Source: Octopus bimaculoides (taxonomy: Eukaryota). Taken from it: DNA of 36,500 bases. The notes below the pieces were generated by a model that searched no databases, was not told the DNA's origin, and was given only the letters and a program-made list of their open reading frames with translations. The stretch spans positions 8,333,760 to 8,370,259 of the forward strand of contig NC_069009.1 in NCBI RefSeq assembly GCF_001194135.2, given 5' to 3'. The position numbers were made by a program, and so were the translations under genes. Positions 32,946 through 36,500 of this stretch are shown piece after piece. Numbering within the stretch: position 1 is the stretch's first letter; each line of letters begins with the position of its first letter.

Positions 32946-33840
32946 TGTATATAATTACTTATGCAGATATTGTGTAAGAAGGAAACAGCCAGTGTTTTTT
33001 TATGTAGTAACTTGATTCTTTATTATACTGGTACTAACAAATACATATTAATTACAGAACAGTGTTAAGATAGAAACATAATTGGAGTGGTATTCAGTCT
33101 TGTAAAGGATCAAGTTCATGTTACCAAGCTTGTTTCCATTAGAAGAAATTTGAATTGTTTGATGTTATAGCTTGGAATATTGGCAGTGACGGGGGTGAAA
33201 TTAAACCAATATTTGTAGGATATATATACATACNNNNNNNNNNNNNNNNNNNNNNNNNNNNNNNNNNNNNNNNNNNNNNNNNNCACACACATACATACAT
33301 ACATAATTATATGTATAAAAATTTAGTATTGCTTTGGTATTAAAGCTTGATAGTTGTTGAAGACAATAATAAAACTTGTTCAAAAAGCAATCTGAGGCTC
33401 ATGTCAGCTTTGAGGAATTTCAGCTCTTTAAAACTAGTTATTATATAATGACTAATTTTAAAATTTTGGGAAAAAAAAAAAACCCCACCCAGCTCTGCAG
33501 GTTGGCAATAATTTTGTGTTTCTTTTTTTTTCTCTCTCTCCACACATACATACACATATGGATAAGTGAAGCAAACACACATTTTTAGCCCTACTGTGAA
33601 AAGTAGGTAATGTAGTTAAACTATATTTTTCTGCCTCTATGTGTCCATTAAAAGATATAAACCTAATTAATCTTATCATATTTTACAGCTATTAAGTAAT
33701 TTCCATAGCCAATGAAGGTAATATTATCCCAACTAGGGAAGACCAACTTAGTTTTATCCAAGGTTGTGTATAGTATAAACAGTTATAAGCTACTACCCTC
33801 TCAGAAAAATGAGTAACTGATCTCTGAGGAAGTGGTAAAC

Positions 33841-33975
33841 ATCCACTTACAAGGCTGGCCCAAGACTATAGTACAAGACACTTGCCCAAGGTGCCACACA
33901 TTTGGACTGAACCCAGAACCATGTGGTTGGAAAGGAAGCTTCTTACCATACAGCCACAACTACGCCTATGGATAA
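33841..33975 (-). mobile_element. SINE family B head half (other arm of the inverted duplication)
   Basis: Reverse complement of 32790-32909, including shared diagnostic variants (ccaaatgtgtgg, aagcttcctttcc). Confidence 0.8.
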
Positions 33976-34033
33976 ACATATATAAATAATCTATTTTATT
34001 ATATTTTATAAAAAGTAATATATATGACATAAT

Positions 34034-34069
<36 letters not shown>

Positions 34070-34078
<9 letters not shown>

Positions 34079-34187
34079 ATTTGGGGATGGTCATATTGCC
34101 AGTTTAGCCAATAAAAACACACGCACCGTATATTTGGTGTTAATTTGCTTCAGCTTTATATTACATTACATTACATTAATCCTATTT
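34070..34187 (-). mobile_element. Second copy of the 12410 repeat, cut by gap just before the hammerhead
   Basis: gttgttgta(c/t)ttggggatggtcatattgccagtttagccaataaaaacacacgcac... nearly identical to 12410-12520. Confidence 0.8.
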
Positions 34188-35074
34188 NNNNNNNNNNNNN
34201 NNNNNNNNNNNNNNNNNNNNNNNNNNNNNNNNNNNNNNNNNNNNNNNNNNNNNNNNNNNNNNNNNNNNNNNNNNNNNNNNNNNNNNNNNNNNNNNNNNNN
34301 NNNNNNNNNNNNNNNNNNNNNNNNNNNNNNNNNNNNNNNNNNNNNNNNNNNNNNNNNNNNNNNNNNNNNNNNNNNNNNNNNNNNNNNNNNNNNNNNNNNN
34401 NNNNNNNNNNNNNNNNNNNNNNNNNNNNNNNNNNNNNNNNNNNNNNNNNNNNNNNNNNNNNNNNNNNNNNNNNNNNNNNNNNNNNNNNNNNNNNNNNNNN
34501 NNNNNNNNNNNNNNNNNNNNNNNNNNNNNNNNNNNNNNNNNNNNNNNNNNNNNNNNNNNNNNNNNNNNNNNNNNNNNNNNNNNNNNNNNNNNNNNNNNNN
34601 NNNNNNNNNNNNNNNNNNNNNNNNNNNNNNNNNNNNNNNNNNNNNNNNNNNNNNNNNNNNNNNNNNNNNNNNNNNNNNNNNNNNNNNNNNNNNNNNNNNN
34701 NNNNNNNNNNNNNNNNNNNNNNNNNNNNNNNNNNNNNNNNNNNNNNNNNNNNNNNNNNNNNNNNNNNNNNNNNNNNNNNNNNNNNNNNNNNNNNNNNNNN
34801 NNNNNNNNNNNNNNNNNNNNNNNNNNNNNNNNNNNNNNNNNNNNNNNNNNNNNNNNNNNNNNNNNNNNNNNNNNNNNNNNNNNNNNNNNNNNNNNNNNNN
34901 NNNNNNNNNNNNNNNNNNNNNNNNNNNNNNNNNNNNNNNNNNNNNNNNNNNNNNNNNNNNNNNNNNNNNNNNNNNNNNNNNNNNNNNNNNNNNNNNNNNN
35001 NNNNNNNNNNNNNNNNNNNNNNNNNNNNNNNNNNNNNNNNNNNNNNNNNNNNNNNNNNNNNNNNNNNNNNNNNN

Positions 35075-35172
35075 AGACTGGAGCCTGGTGTTGCCATCCG
35101 GTTTCACCAGTCCTCAGTCAAATCGTCCAACCCATGCTAGCATGGAAAGCGGACGTTAAACGATGATGATGA

Positions 35173-35175
<3 letters not shown>
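35075..35175 (+). mobile_element. SINE-like family A 3' end (emerging from gap)
   Basis: Tail ...ccatgctagcatggaaagcggacgttaaacgatgatg. Confidence 0.8.
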
Positions 35176-35214
<39 letters not shown>

Positions 35215-35276
35215 TTATGCAGCATCTTTGGTTGATTGAAACTTTCTGGATGGAACTGGTAGATGGAAACTGAAAG

Positions 35277-35312
<36 letters not shown>

Positions 35313-35517
35313 ACACGCGCTTGTTTGTTTGCTTCCACTATGTCTGAATAAATGTCAAAATGGTCACAACTAGAACATCTTTCATCACAGGTCTGCTGAA
35401 TCAAGGCTTAGCAACTGCAACTATAGACACTAATACAAACTGCTATAGTATACTTTAGATAATGTGTCACAACAACAGCATACAACAAGAAAGCATCAAC
35501 CGTCCATCAACACTTAC

Positions 35518-35615
35518 TATTTTCTCCAGAATTTCTTGAATGAGGCCATCATGGCTTGATTTGAATCGGAGGAAGTTGATACATGCACTGCTGATCACAA
35601 TAAGCCTTTTTGGAC
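35518..35615 (-). CDS. NUF2: NUF2 exon (first in window): PKRLIVISSACINFLRFKSSHDGLIQEILEKI
   Basis: Acceptor attctattttactag, donor ATA|gtaagt, 98 nt (phase 1 in, phase 0 out). The peptide resembles the end of the Nuf2 CH domain (PK..R...S..INF..F). Confidence 0.88.
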
Positions 35616-36459
35616 CTAGTAAAATAGAATCATATCCATGTGTTTGGGATGTATACATATACACATTATTGTCGTTTTGCTTAGACATTGCAATACTAAT
35701 AACCTGATGTTAGAACTCAATCTACAAATGCTTCAGAACAAAGCATCTGTCCAGTATAGAGCAGTAATAAGAAATATTGGAGTGACAAAGGAATAAACAA
35801 TTATGTTTCTGCTGTAAGTTGCAATGCACTCATAGCTGAGTGCTTGCTTGAAGCTCTGATGAAGCTATTACAGTGTTTTACATGTTAGATAGACATGTAG
35901 GAAATGCCCTATTTGAAATTCTACAGATAGAGAAATGAAAGAATACAAATTTATACATTTGGATGAAGCATTTATATTTAGTCAGAAACCTGGAGCAGTA
36001 GAGACAGATGGTGTGAAGGAAGGAAGAACAAATCAGTTTTTTACAGAAAAATGAAAAAGAAGGAGAGTCACACACAGACACAGACACACACACACACGTT
36101 AAAAACATAATAAATGCACAAACTAACAAGAAGTAGACACAGAAGGTCACAGACTCCTCATCAGTTACCGGCCAGAGGGTCAAATGCAAATTCATGCCTG
36201 TCTGGTAGTGCCAACACCGAAAATGCCACTGGGAATTAGCAAGTCAAAAAACAAGGCAGAGCATGAACAACCAGACAAGAACTGAACAACTATACAAGAT
36301 AGAAAGTTAACATACAAATGTGGAATAAATATAATTCAAGACAAGACATTTAGTGTACAGACAAGGGACAGAGATGAAACAAACAGGACAACTGTGGGCA
36401 TATGAAGGAACTGAAAAAAATAAACAAAATAAAATAAAGCCTTAGGGCTGGATAGGAGA

Positions 36460-36500
<41 letters not shown>

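Noticed and set aside
33340-33588. ORFs on both strands in the NUF2 intron
   Set aside because: Flanking NUF2 exons already join in phase; no convincing splice sites or homology.
34032-35159. Long ORFs of 300-375 aa (also those at 3759-4164, 4808-5498, 17950-18531 and 26334-27279)
   Set aside because: Open only because N runs contain no stop codons.
36218-36290. Minus-strand FLSGCSCSALFFDLLIP, faintly like the Nuf2 segment preceding the first exon found
   Set aside because: The donor would be gtggca (poor) and the similarity is too weak. The upstream exon is more likely outside the window, though a splice-aware alignment should check it.

Overview
AT-rich, repeat-dense animal genomic DNA with several N gaps. 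The repeat families and microsatellite load suggest an octopod cephalopod; this is inference, not a database result. One host gene is well supported: a minus-strand kinetochore NUF2 orthologue. Seven phase-compatible GT-AG exons (35615 down to stop at 17199) give about 330 aa, and the N-terminal CH-domain exons appear to lie beyond the right edge. The rest is mostly mobile DNA: RTE LINE remnants, a decayed Helitron Rep region cut by a Dong/R4-like retrotransposon, an internally deleted mariner, hAT and piggyBac-type MITEs, a solo LTR, and at least four SINE families. The most interesting items are (i) three minimal hammerhead-ribozyme motifs in two Penelope-like repeat families, one fused to a tRNA-derived head and bracketed by inverted arms; (ii) a 720-bp fold-back with a head-to-head telomere-like core; (iii) an inverted intronic duplication; (iv) a perfect 20-bp hairpin; and (v) a CpG-retaining unique region with a tandem ETS motif. 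All alignments and folds were done by eye.
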